Positions 23,023 to 29,404 of a stretch of 33,693 nucleotides of DNA are shown here, one piece after another. How positions within the stretch are numbered: position 1 is the stretch's first letter; the number at the start of each line of letters is the position of its first letter. Source of the stretch: a virus; IMG/VR virus record IMGVR_UViG_3300033141_001099. One strand, written 5' to 3'. The notes below the pieces were generated by a model that ran no database searches, had not been told where the DNA came from, and saw only the letters and a program-made list of their open reading frames with translations. The translations under genes and the position numbers were made by a program.

Positions 23023-23400
23023 CTACTGTGGTAAAATATTACCATTAACATCTGTCAACTGACCTTGAGCGTTTTTATACTCTTGAACTGGCTGTTGATA
23101 ACTCTGGGTTTGGTTGTAGCCCTGAGGGTGCTGTTGTTGCTGTTGATTTTGTTGAGGTGCTTGTTGCTGATAATTATTATTACCGCCTTGCTGATTGTTT
23201 TGGTTAGCATCATCAAAAACCCCGACCATCACCATATCTTTGCCTTGCTCTCTTGGAAATGCTGCAAAGTTGATTGTTGGATCAATTAATGCAAACTCTT
23301 TGCCATTTTTCTCTAAAATAACTCCGACATTTACCCATCTTGTTTTTTCTTGCCCGTCTTTTGTGTAGCTTCCGTTTGCTACTGCTAATTTTTTACTCAT
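23023..23400 (-). CDS. Protein with a small N-terminal globular part and a Q/N-rich low-complexity tail, possibly SSB-like.
   Basis: 125 aa. The tail NQNNQQGGNNNYQQQAPQQNQQQQQHPQGYNQTQSYQQ resembles an SSB disordered linker, but there is no acidic C-terminal tip. It lies near erf. Confidence 0.35.
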   Translation of the reverse strand: MSKKLAVANGSYTKDGQEKTRWVNVGVILEKNGKEFALIDPTINFAAFPREQGKDMVMVGVFDDANQNNQQGGNNNYQQQAPQQNQQQQQHPQGYNQTQSYQQPVQEYKNAQGQLTDVNGNILPQ

Positions 23401-23477
23401 TATTTCCGTCCTTTTCGATTCATTTTATAACTTCTACGTTTGAAAGGTTTTACACCTTTGAGCTTTTTAGTTTTCAT
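23400..23477 (-). CDS. Polybasic micro-ORF, 25 aa: MKTKKLKGVKPFKRRSYKMNRKGRK.
   Basis: Its ATG abuts the upstream stop (TAAATG) and its stop overlaps the next start (TAATG). There is no independent SD. Confidence 0.35.
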   Translation of the reverse strand: MKTKKLKGVKPFKRRSYKMNRKGRK

Positions 23478-23762
23478 TTAGTTTCTTACAAGTTTGCCAC
23501 GAGCGTCAATGTTGTTCCCGTATCTATTTTTAGCTTTTCTTGCTCTTGTCGTTGCTCTGTCAAATCTTCGAGCTTTTCTATGTTCTGGCTGTGAACCACG
23601 CTCTAGTCTCATAACTCTTTTTGAAGCAGAAGCATTTTGTAAGTCAACTAAATCAAAGACTTGCCCTCCTGCCTTAGAATTTCTATCTACAACCATACTT
23701 CCGCTTCCACCAAATGCAGCAGTAAGTCCTGCTAGCATCATTAATAAATTAAATTTTTTCAC
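23478..23762 (-). CDS. Secreted small basic protein with an N-terminal signal peptide.
   Basis: 94 aa. MKKFNLLMMLAGLTAAFGGSGS has the n/h/c regions of a Sec signal. The C-terminal half is R/K-rich. Confidence 0.6.
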   Translation of the reverse strand: MKKFNLLMMLAGLTAAFGGSGSMVVDRNSKAGGQVFDLVDLQNASASKRVMRLERGSQPEHRKARRFDRATTRARKAKNRYGNNIDARGKLVRN

Positions 23763-23774
23763 TTTATTTTCCTT

Positions 23775-24176
23775 TTATACATATCTTAAAATACTATCCA
23801 TATCTTGTTCAGGAATAATCTCCAAACAAATATTTATAGCACTACTAAAGAACTCTTGAAACTTATCCTCACTCATTGATGCGAAATTTATACTCTTTGG
23901 AATATACACCGCATCGCCTTTGTGAGTGACAATAGTCTCAAAATGTCCCGACTTAAGTTTAATAACCGATAGTAAATTATCTACTGTTTTGTATCGGTCA
24001 GTGTTGCTAACTACTCCTTTCAGCATCGAAAATAACCGCTTGTGATTTCCGACATTTCTATGACGTTTATACTCTACAAGAATCTCCTCGCCCTCTTTGA
24101 CTTTACTAAATGCCTCCACGCCCTCATCATCTATTGGAATAAAAGCGTTGTTAAGTCGTTTGAGTAAGAGTTTCAT
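23775..24176 (-). CDS. DUF1367-like phage protein.
   Basis: 133 aa. KRHRNVGNHKRLFSMLKGV fits the R.RN...H+.fFall pattern I associate with DUF1367. Confidence 0.45.
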   Translation of the reverse strand: MKLLLKRLNNAFIPIDDEGVEAFSKVKEGEEILVEYKRHRNVGNHKRLFSMLKGVVSNTDRYKTVDNLLSVIKLKSGHFETIVTHKGDAVYIPKSINFASMSEDKFQEFFSSAINICLEIIPEQDMDSILRYV

Positions 24177-24670
24177 TTTCTTTTCTTGTACACCGCGATA
24201 CTATCTTCTTTGTGTGTTACTTCTATTTTTGCACCATCTACATCAACACCAGATAAAATATCTTTTTTGATAGCTGTTTCATCGACTGTTGTTTTAAAAT
24301 ATCCCATATTTATTAGACTGTCGGTATCAGTAGTAATTATTAACTCTTCACTTGGTTTTGGTTGAGTGACTTTAACACTTGAAATTATATCACCATCTAG
24401 TTTATCAACCCCACATTCTGTTAGCCATTTAGATACACCACCTTTGATAACATCAATTTGACATTGAGTATCATCTTTTAAAAGTTTCATATCTTTTTCA
24501 GCTTGTTTGATACGCTCTATTTTAGCCTCTAAGTTGTCAAGAGTTAGCCCAACATAGTCTGTTAGACTTTGAGAGCTTGTAGCGTCTAGTTTGGCATCTA
24601 AAACAGCATTAATCTCTGATGGCTTTGCTATTTCTAAACTCGTTGTGTATTGTTTTGTCAATTTGCTCAC
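24173..24670 (-). CDS. Gp157-like protein, a recombination-module accessory.
   Basis: 165 aa. It has a coiled-coil N-terminal half and sits directly after erf. The family assignment comes from overall pattern only. Confidence 0.4.
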   Translation of the reverse strand: MSKLTKQYTTSLEIAKPSEINAVLDAKLDATSSQSLTDYVGLTLDNLEAKIERIKQAEKDMKLLKDDTQCQIDVIKGGVSKWLTECGVDKLDGDIISSVKVTQPKPSEELIITTDTDSLINMGYFKTTVDETAIKKDILSGVDVDGAKIEVTHKEDSIAVYKKRK

Positions 24671-25269
24671 GATTTAGCCTTTTTTTGTTTCTTTTGCAGA
24701 GTGTCGATTGCTCCAGCAAAATATGATTGAGCAAAATCTTCGTAACTTGTAGCACCATAATAATTTAAAAAATCTGTCAAGTCTGTTTCTGTTGATTCGA
24801 TTAAACCTTTTAACATCGTGATCTGTTTAGCATTTATTTTATTCGCGACTTCTTGGTTAATATCATCACCTGTTTGAAGCATTAAGATTTTAAGTAGTGC
24901 ATTTTTAACTGCGTATGTTAAAGCTTTGTTAGCACCCTTATCGCTATTATCTTCTGCGTGGGCTTCTGAGCGAATCACGATAGAGCTTCCATCATCAACA
25001 TCAATAAAAGTTACATCATATAGTGCTTCTACTCTAATTTTTGCTCCACCGTTTTTAGTAGTTCCAGGAACACACACCGCTTTTTCTACTTGATGTGGTA
25101 TGACGATAACTCCATCATCAACAAAGTGCTGTCTTACCACACTTAAGACTTTGTCGTGAGTAACAACCGAAAACTGATTATTCCCAAAACCTAACTTTCC
25201 ATCTTTTGTAACAAACTCCACTTTTTTCATTATGTTGTTTATCTTTTTATATATACCTTTTGTTTCCAT
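24667..25269 (-). CDS. erf: ERF-family single-strand annealing recombinase.
   Basis: The start at 25269 (METKGIYKK) is preferred over the track start at 25335, which overlaps the upstream gene. ...HAEDNSDKGANKALTYAVKNALLKILMLQTGDD parallels P22 Erf ...KKGMDAAQVTGATSSYARKYCLNGLFGIDD. Confidence 0.75.
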   Translation of the reverse strand: METKGIYKKINNIMKKVEFVTKDGKLGFGNNQFSVVTHDKVLSVVRQHFVDDGVIVIPHQVEKAVCVPGTTKNGGAKIRVEALYDVTFIDVDDGSSIVIRSEAHAEDNSDKGANKALTYAVKNALLKILMLQTGDDINQEVANKINAKQITMLKGLIESTETDLTDFLNYYGATSYEDFAQSYFAGAIDTLQKKQKKAKS

Positions 25270-25273
25270 TGTC

Positions 25274-25486
25274 TTAATCCCTTTCTCTTTTAAGTTCTCT
25301 TTCTGCATCCGCTTTGTCGCACATAGCATTTTCATACTCTTCTGTTATAGTTACACAATGCTCAAGACATTCAGAGCAAATATCACTATCTTCTAAAATA
25401 GCAGCATTGCAACAATTACTATTTTGGCTATCATCGCCATCTAAGTATTTATTTAACTGATTGTCTCTGTAATCATCTTCGCTCAT
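25274..25486 (-). CDS. Hypothetical acidic Cys-rich protein.
   Basis: 70 aa; NCCNAAILEDSDICSECLEHC. Confidence 0.55.
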   Translation of the reverse strand: MSEDDYRDNQLNKYLDGDDSQNSNCCNAAILEDSDICSECLEHCVTITEEYENAMCDKADAERELKRERD

Positions 25487-25653
25487 TTGTTTTCCTTTAT
25501 CCCATCAAAGTAACCCTCTATATAAGCCATATTTGCAGTATGTTTAACTCTGTAATCATCACTTACGCCCACAGTATTTTCTTTTAGTTTATCTTTGTTT
25601 TCTTCATACCATTTTTCAAACTGTTGATTTGCTGTAATATATTCTTTTTTCAT
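25483..25653 (-). CDS. Hypothetical 56-aa protein.
   Basis: SD AGGAAG and an ATGA overlap with the next gene. MKKEYITANQQFEKWYEENKDKLKENTVGVSDDYRVKHTANMAYIEGYFDGIKENK. Not in the track. Confidence 0.5.
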   Translation of the reverse strand: MKKEYITANQQFEKWYEENKDKLKENTVGVSDDYRVKHTANMAYIEGYFDGIKENK

Positions 25654-25673
25654 CTTCCTAACCTTTCTTTAAT

Positions 25674-25742
25674 TTAAGCAACTTCTCTAAACATATAGAG
25701 AGTTCCAAACAATAACAGCCCAACCAATGCCATAATAGACAT
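25674..25742 (-). CDS. Possible 22-aa hydrophobic peptide: MSIMALVGLLLFGTLYMFREVA.
   Basis: TAATG-coupled to a possible 20-aa ORF at 25742..25804 (MNKLLDKFENWCEKQAKRFF, SD AAGGA). Confidence 0.25.
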   Translation of the reverse strand: MSIMALVGLLLFGTLYMFREVA

Positions 25743-25820
25743 TAGAAAAACCTCTTAGCTTGTTTCTCGCACCAATTTTCAAACTTGTCAAGCAATTTAT
25801 TCATCCTATATCCTTTATTA

Positions 25821-26174
25821 TTAGAATGATGAATAGCCGAGAGAGTTAGTACTCTTCTTGCTAGCAGCATTATAAATAACTCTTAGAATCTTAACTACTT
25901 CAGATTCAACTTCAACCATCTCATAGTTTGGCGTTCCTCTATAGTTTCCGACTTCCTCTTGCTCGGTAGTTCTCTCTGTTGATATAAAAGCCTCTGTGAT
26001 GACTACTACATCGTGAAGCCTTTGATTCACTTCTTCTAGCTTGTTGTTAGCTGATTTTAAATCACTTTTCAAATCTCTGTTGGCATTATTAACTTTACTA
26101 AGATTTTTAATATCCTCTTCTAGTCTTGCTGTCTTGTTTTTTGCTTCCTCTAACTGTATTCTTAACGTTGCCAT
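25821..26174 (-). CDS. Hypothetical coiled-coil protein.
   Basis: The ATG at 26174 (MATLRIQLEE) with GGAG upstream is preferred to the TTG at 26183. Confidence 0.6.
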   Translation of the reverse strand: MATLRIQLEEAKNKTARLEEDIKNLSKVNNANRDLKSDLKSANNKLEEVNQRLHDVVVITEAFISTERTTEQEEVGNYRGTPNYEMVEVESEVVKILRVIYNAASKKSTNSLGYSSF

Positions 26175-26200
26175 TTTCTCCAACCTTTATATTTAGATAA

Positions 26201-26220
26201 CACAATTATAATATATTGTG
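26201..26220. promoter_or_regulatory. Palindrome CACAAT-TATAATAT-ATTGTG, containing TATAAT on both strands. It overlaps the RHH gene stop codon (26206-26208) and lies upstream of the next gene (start 26174).
   Basis: Read directly. The 6-bp arms are perfect reverse complements. Confidence 0.4.
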
Positions 26221-26370
26221 CTTTTTTTCTTGTTTTTCAACTTCTTTCATTATCGTATCTCTTAAAAACTCACTTTTCGTTTTACCAGATTTTGATACAA
26301 CCTCAATAATTCTGTTCTCTTCTGATTCTCTTGCTTGAAAACCGACCAACTTGTTTCTCTTTTCAGCCAT
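26206..26370 (-). CDS. Ribbon-helix-helix (Arc/Mnt/CopG-type) transcriptional regulator, the first gene of the leftward operon.
   Basis: 54 aa: MAEKRNKLVGFQARESEENRIIEVVSKSGKTKSEFLRDTIMKEVEKQEKKHNIL. It shows the beta-strand, helix, G.(s/t).SefiR helix pattern. SD AAAGGAA. Not in the track. Confidence 0.65.
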   Translation of the reverse strand: MAEKRNKLVGFQARESEENRIIEVVSKSGKTKSEFLRDTIMKEVEKQEKKHNIL

Positions 26371-26387
26371 TTTAATTCCTTTTAATT

Positions 26388-26474
26388 TTTAAAGATTAAG
26401 AATTGTAGCATTGTTAATCTTAAAAGAGCTTTAAAGAATGTTTAAAGAGTTATTAAGTTTTTAATTGGTATCAT
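26388..26474. promoter_or_regulatory. Divergent promoter/operator region.
   Basis: Contents: an inverted repeat AAGATTAA-14 nt-TTAATCTT (26392-26421) bracketing the leftward extended -10 TGcTACAAT (reverse complement of 26402-26410); phased repeats TTAAAAGA/TTTAAAGA/TTTAAAGA at 26420, 26430 and 26441, plus another copy at 26388; and the rightward TGgTATCAT (26466-26474). Confidence 0.5.
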
Positions 26475-26495
26475 TTTTACATCAAAGGAGTATTT

Positions 26496-27002
26496 GTGAA
26501 ATATTACAGAACAAAAAACGGTGTAGTTTCAAAGATTTATGGAAAACAAAGAGAGCGGTCAAGAGAGAAGAATTATCCGATGCCCTCTTACACTAACCAC
26601 GATTTAAGAGAATGGTTATTCGGTCAACAATTGTTTCACAGACTATATAGTGAGTGGAAAGAAAGTGGATACTTGAAAGAACTAGCTCCATCACTCGATA
26701 GGCGTAATGATTACAAGCCTTACACTTTTGATAATATTCGATTAACGACTTGGAAAGTAAATAAAGCCAAAGGCGAGAGCGATAGGAAAAATGGAATAAA
26801 TAATAAAGTTAACAAAGCAGTTTTACAGTTTACAAGAAAAGACAAGTTTATTGCAGAGTTTCACTCTTCAATGGAAGCACAAAGACAAACAGGAATTTAT
26901 AGCTCTAATATCGGTCATACTTGCAGGAATGAAAGAAAAACCGCTGGTGGATTTATATGGAGATTTAAAAAAGAAAAAATTGACATAGGTCAAATACATT
27001 AG
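26496..27002 (+). CDS. Homing-endonuclease-like protein: a His-Me-finger/HNH-like core plus a C-terminal NUMOD/IENR-type HTH.
   Basis: 168 aa, GTG start, SD AAGGAG. Motifs PSLDRRNDYKPYTFDNIRLTTWKVNKAKG and GIYSSNIGHTCRNERKTAGGFIWRF. Confidence 0.65.
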   Translation: MKYYRTKNGVVSKIYGKQRERSREKNYPMPSYTNHDLREWLFGQQLFHRLYSEWKESGYLKELAPSLDRRNDYKPYTFDNIRLTTWKVNKAKGESDRKNGINNKVNKAVLQFTRKDKFIAEFHSSMEAQRQTGIYSSNIGHTCRNERKTAGGFIWRFKKEKIDIGQIH

Positions 27003-27012
27003 CTTTTAAAAG

Positions 27013-27021
27013 TGCTACAAT
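27013..27021 (+). promoter_or_regulatory. Extended -10 promoter, TGcTACAAT.
   Basis: The same 9-mer as the leftward promoter at 26402-26410. It lies in the gap between the endonuclease gene and yopX. Confidence 0.45.
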
Positions 27022-27042
27022 TTTGGAAATAAAGGATTAATT

Positions 27043-27468
27043 ATGAATGAGTATGTAGTATTTTGGAGTTTTGATAGTGGTAAAACTTTAGAGCATATTG
27101 GTTACGAGAAGCTAGATGATGATGGAAATTATGTATTTAAAAGAATTAATACAGATACTAAAGAATTAAGAAAAGATTGGCATCTTGGTATGATTACTGA
27201 CAATCAAGGAAATGCTAAATTTTATAGATTCCCATTCATAGGCAAAACAGACATAGAGGGCGAAAAGATTTATGCTGATAGTTCTATTGTTGAGTTTGCT
27301 ACAAATGACTTAGGTTGGCAAAAGGGATATTTTACTTACAATGAAAATGGACTTAATTATCAATTCAATTCTAAAGATGGAGCATTGCTAACTGATTGGA
27401 TGGAAATTAGAAGCCTAAAAGTCATAGGCACTCTGCAAGAAAATCCTGAGTTGTTAGGAGAGAACTAA
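27043..27468 (+). CDS. YopX-family protein.
   Basis: 141 aa. The C-terminal KVIGTLQENPELL matches the YopX signature (IGNIhENPELL). Confidence 0.75.
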   Translation: MNEYVVFWSFDSGKTLEHIGYEKLDDDGNYVFKRINTDTKELRKDWHLGMITDNQGNAKFYRFPFIGKTDIEGEKIYADSSIVEFATNDLGWQKGYFTYNENGLNYQFNSKDGALLTDWMEIRSLKVIGTLQENPELLGEN

Positions 27469-27698
27469 TGAACGGAGTTAAGCTAATAATAGACGACAAA
27501 TTTATCGACTACAACGACAATATGCAACACGCTTTAGAAAACGATAACACAAACATATCGTTAAGCCATCACGAAAAAACAGGCTTTGGAGTGTCAGTCT
27601 TAGACAAAAAAACAAACATCATAAGATATTACAAGGTTGTTGATTCAGAGTTGGTTTTTGAAAGCGCAAATGATGTTATGACGGGGGAAGAGTTATGA
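27468..27698 (+). CDS. Hypothetical protein.
   Basis: 76 aa, TAATG coupling. Confidence 0.55.
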   Translation: MNGVKLIIDDKFIDYNDNMQHALENDNTNISLSHHEKTGFGVSVLDKKTNIIRYYKVVDSELVFESANDVMTGEEL

Positions 27699-27793
27699 AA
27701 AACAATCCAAGAGAAATATATATGAATACGTTTATATCAGTATTGGGAATAGTGCTATGTTCACTAAGCTTTTATTTTAAAAATCCTGATTAA
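27695..27793 (+). CDS. 32-aa TM peptide. An in-frame TAA separates it from a second TM-encoding segment at 27794-27907.
   Basis: ATGA overlap with the upstream stop. MKNNPREIYMNTFISVLGIVLCSLSFYFKNPD*LLLGFSPLFAMFPLIIGFTKFAEWVDKGKTDENNKPLP*. Confidence 0.4.
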   Translation: MKNNPREIYMNTFISVLGIVLCSLSFYFKNPD

Positions 27794-27884
27794 TTATTAT
27801 TGGGATTCTCTCCACTATTTGCAATGTTTCCGCTAATAATAGGATTTACTAAATTTGCAGAATGGGTAGATAAAGGAAAAACAG

Positions 27885-28007
27885 ATGAAAACAATAAACC
27901 GTTGCCCTAAGTGCAAAAGATCATACCCACTAAGAACTTTAAAATATCCTCACTGTAATGTCGGGTTGGAAAAGTCTTATGTTATCGCCATAAGAAATGC
28001 AGGTTAA
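27885..28007 (+). CDS. 40-aa zinc-ribbon-like peptide.
   Basis: SD AAGGA 7 nt upstream. MKTINRCPKCKRSYPLRTLKYPHCNVGLEKSYVIAIRNAG. Confidence 0.45.
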   Translation: MKTINRCPKCKRSYPLRTLKYPHCNVGLEKSYVIAIRNAG

Positions 28008-28016
28008 GGAGAGATT

Positions 28017-28187
28017 ATGAGTGATGAAGAAAGAGCAGAACACAGAGAAATGGAGACAGATAGTATGCCGGGAACAATGAAAACACAACCAATAGCAACA
28101 CCTAACCCAAAGCAGGTTAAAGAAACAAACAAAGCACACGTTAAATCAATGAGAGTTGTGAAGAGAGAGAGATCAAGCAGATGTTGA
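28017..28187 (+). CDS. Hypothetical 56-aa protein.
   Basis: Strong SD AAGGAGAG. MSDEERAEHREMETDSMPGTMKTQPIATPNPKQVKETNKAHVKSMRVVKRERSSRC. It supersedes the antisense track ORF 27939..28139. Confidence 0.55.
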   Translation: MSDEERAEHREMETDSMPGTMKTQPIATPNPKQVKETNKAHVKSMRVVKRERSSRC

Positions 28188-28197
28188 GGGATGGGAG

Positions 28198-28302
28198 ATG
28201 ATTAAAAAATACTGGAGAGAAAAGAAAAACGAAGCTGTTTCAACAGCGGTTATTATATTAGGTTCGGCAATTCTTTTTTTAATAAGGTGGATATGGGGAT
28301 GA
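28198..28302 (+). CDS. 34-aa TM peptide.
   Basis: SD GGGAG. MIKKYWREKKNEAVSTAVIILGSAILFLIRWIWG. Confidence 0.45.
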   Translation: MIKKYWREKKNEAVSTAVIILGSAILFLIRWIWG

Positions 28303-28367
28303 AGCCAATTTACGCTATAATGCCCAATGCAAGAGCCTCAATCTCTTGCTTCCATTGAGGGGATAAA

Positions 28368-28610
28368 ATGAAACTACTAATAATTCTAATCACTATATCA
28401 CTACAAGCACAGACGTTGTGCAAGATAGCAATAAATGACTACAACAAAAACTTCCCACTGCTGAAACAAAAGCAAAATATCAAAAGTACCTGTAATAAAA
28501 TAGATCACAACCTGGAAGTAATGCTAAAAGAATGTTCTATGCCATACGAGCAATACAAAAAGATAACATATATAAAAAATAACATAGCGATTCAGTGTGA
28601 GGTGGAATAG
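28368..28610 (+). CDS. Small secreted 4-Cys protein.
   Basis: 80 aa. It has a signal-like N-terminus, MKLLIILITISLQAQ. There is no lipobox. Confidence 0.55.
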   Translation: MKLLIILITISLQAQTLCKIAINDYNKNFPLLKQKQNIKSTCNKIDHNLEVMLKECSMPYEQYKKITYIKNNIAIQCEVE

Positions 28611-28829
28611 GTGGCAAATAAAAACTACATAGGACATGAATATTTTTGCGGTGTTTGTAAATCATTTTCAGTTGCAACAGATGAGTTGCTTGACTATGTT
28701 TATCTAAAACACGACAACGGCGAAGAGTTGGAAATTGTCACACTTGAATGTTTCACTTGTGGAAGCATGTCAATTCCAGAGGGAATGAATCAGATAGCTT
28801 GGCTTAAAGAAGGGATGGATTTAGAATAA
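28611..28829 (+). CDS. Zinc-ribbon protein.
   Basis: 72 aa, GTG start. CGVC ... CFTC. Confidence 0.5.
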   Translation: MANKNYIGHEYFCGVCKSFSVATDELLDYVYLKHDNGEELEIVTLECFTCGSMSIPEGMNQIAWLKEGMDLE

Positions 28830-29404
28830 TGGCTAAACTATCAGAAAGACAAAAAATTAATATGAAGGCGAAATGGGATACAGGGCAGTATACCAAAATA
28901 GCACTAGCAAAACTATACAAAGTGAGCGATGTAATGGTTGGGAAAATAGTCGGGAACGAAGATCCGAAGAACTCCCATATTGTCGAAGCTCAAGTCTATT
29001 TGGAAAATGTCAAAAAGTTAGACAAAAGTTCGACAGAAATACAAGCAATAAATCAAGCAGTAGAATATAGACTTAAAGTGCAACACTCTGATGACAATAA
29101 AAGAGTAAAAGTCTATGATATAACGGAGAAGATATTAGACAAAGTTTCAACAATGCTAGATAGTGGCAAGAAGCAAGTAGTTATGAAGGTGAAGGAATAC
29201 AGCAAAGATAACGGAAGTTCTGAAAGCCTTGATGTAGTAGACATTGATTTAGATACAAGTGATTTAAAAAATATGCAAGAGACAGTTGATAAAGCCAGCG
29301 TTACAAACAATACTAATCAAAGACACGCTAACAGCCAAATACAAATCAATAATCAAAATAACCAAGACAATAAAGCTCTAACAATAGAGGACTTATACAA
29401 TTAA
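28829..29404 (+). CDS. terS: Terminase small subunit, called from position plus an N-terminal HTH.
   Basis: 191 aa, TAATG-coupled on both sides. QYTKIALAKLYKVSDVMVGKIV is HTH-like. It lies immediately upstream of TerL. Confidence 0.6.
   Translation: MAKLSERQKINMKAKWDTGQYTKIALAKLYKVSDVMVGKIVGNEDPKNSHIVEAQVYLENVKKLDKSSTEIQAINQAVEYRLKVQHSDDNKRVKVYDITEKILDKVSTMLDSGKKQVVMKVKEYSKDNGSSESLDVVDIDLDTSDLKNMQETVDKASVTNNTNQRHANSQIQINNQNNQDNKALTIEDLYN

Noticed and set aside
23065-23859. The + strand ORFs 23065..23289, 23340..23594 and 23494..23859.
   Set aside because: They are antisense to the Q/N-rich gene, the secreted-protein gene and the DUF1367 gene. The Leu-rich frames derive from CAA/CAG repeats on the other strand.
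24667-25335. The full 222-aa version of the Erf ORF, starting at 25335.
   Set aside because: The first 22 codons overlap the upstream 70-aa gene. The ATG at 25269 follows that gene's stop and has an SD-like AGGGA.
27939-28139. A - strand 66-aa Cys-rich ORF.
   Set aside because: It is overlapped by two + strand ORFs with strong SDs (27885..28007 and 28017..28187), in a region where all neighbours are on the + strand.
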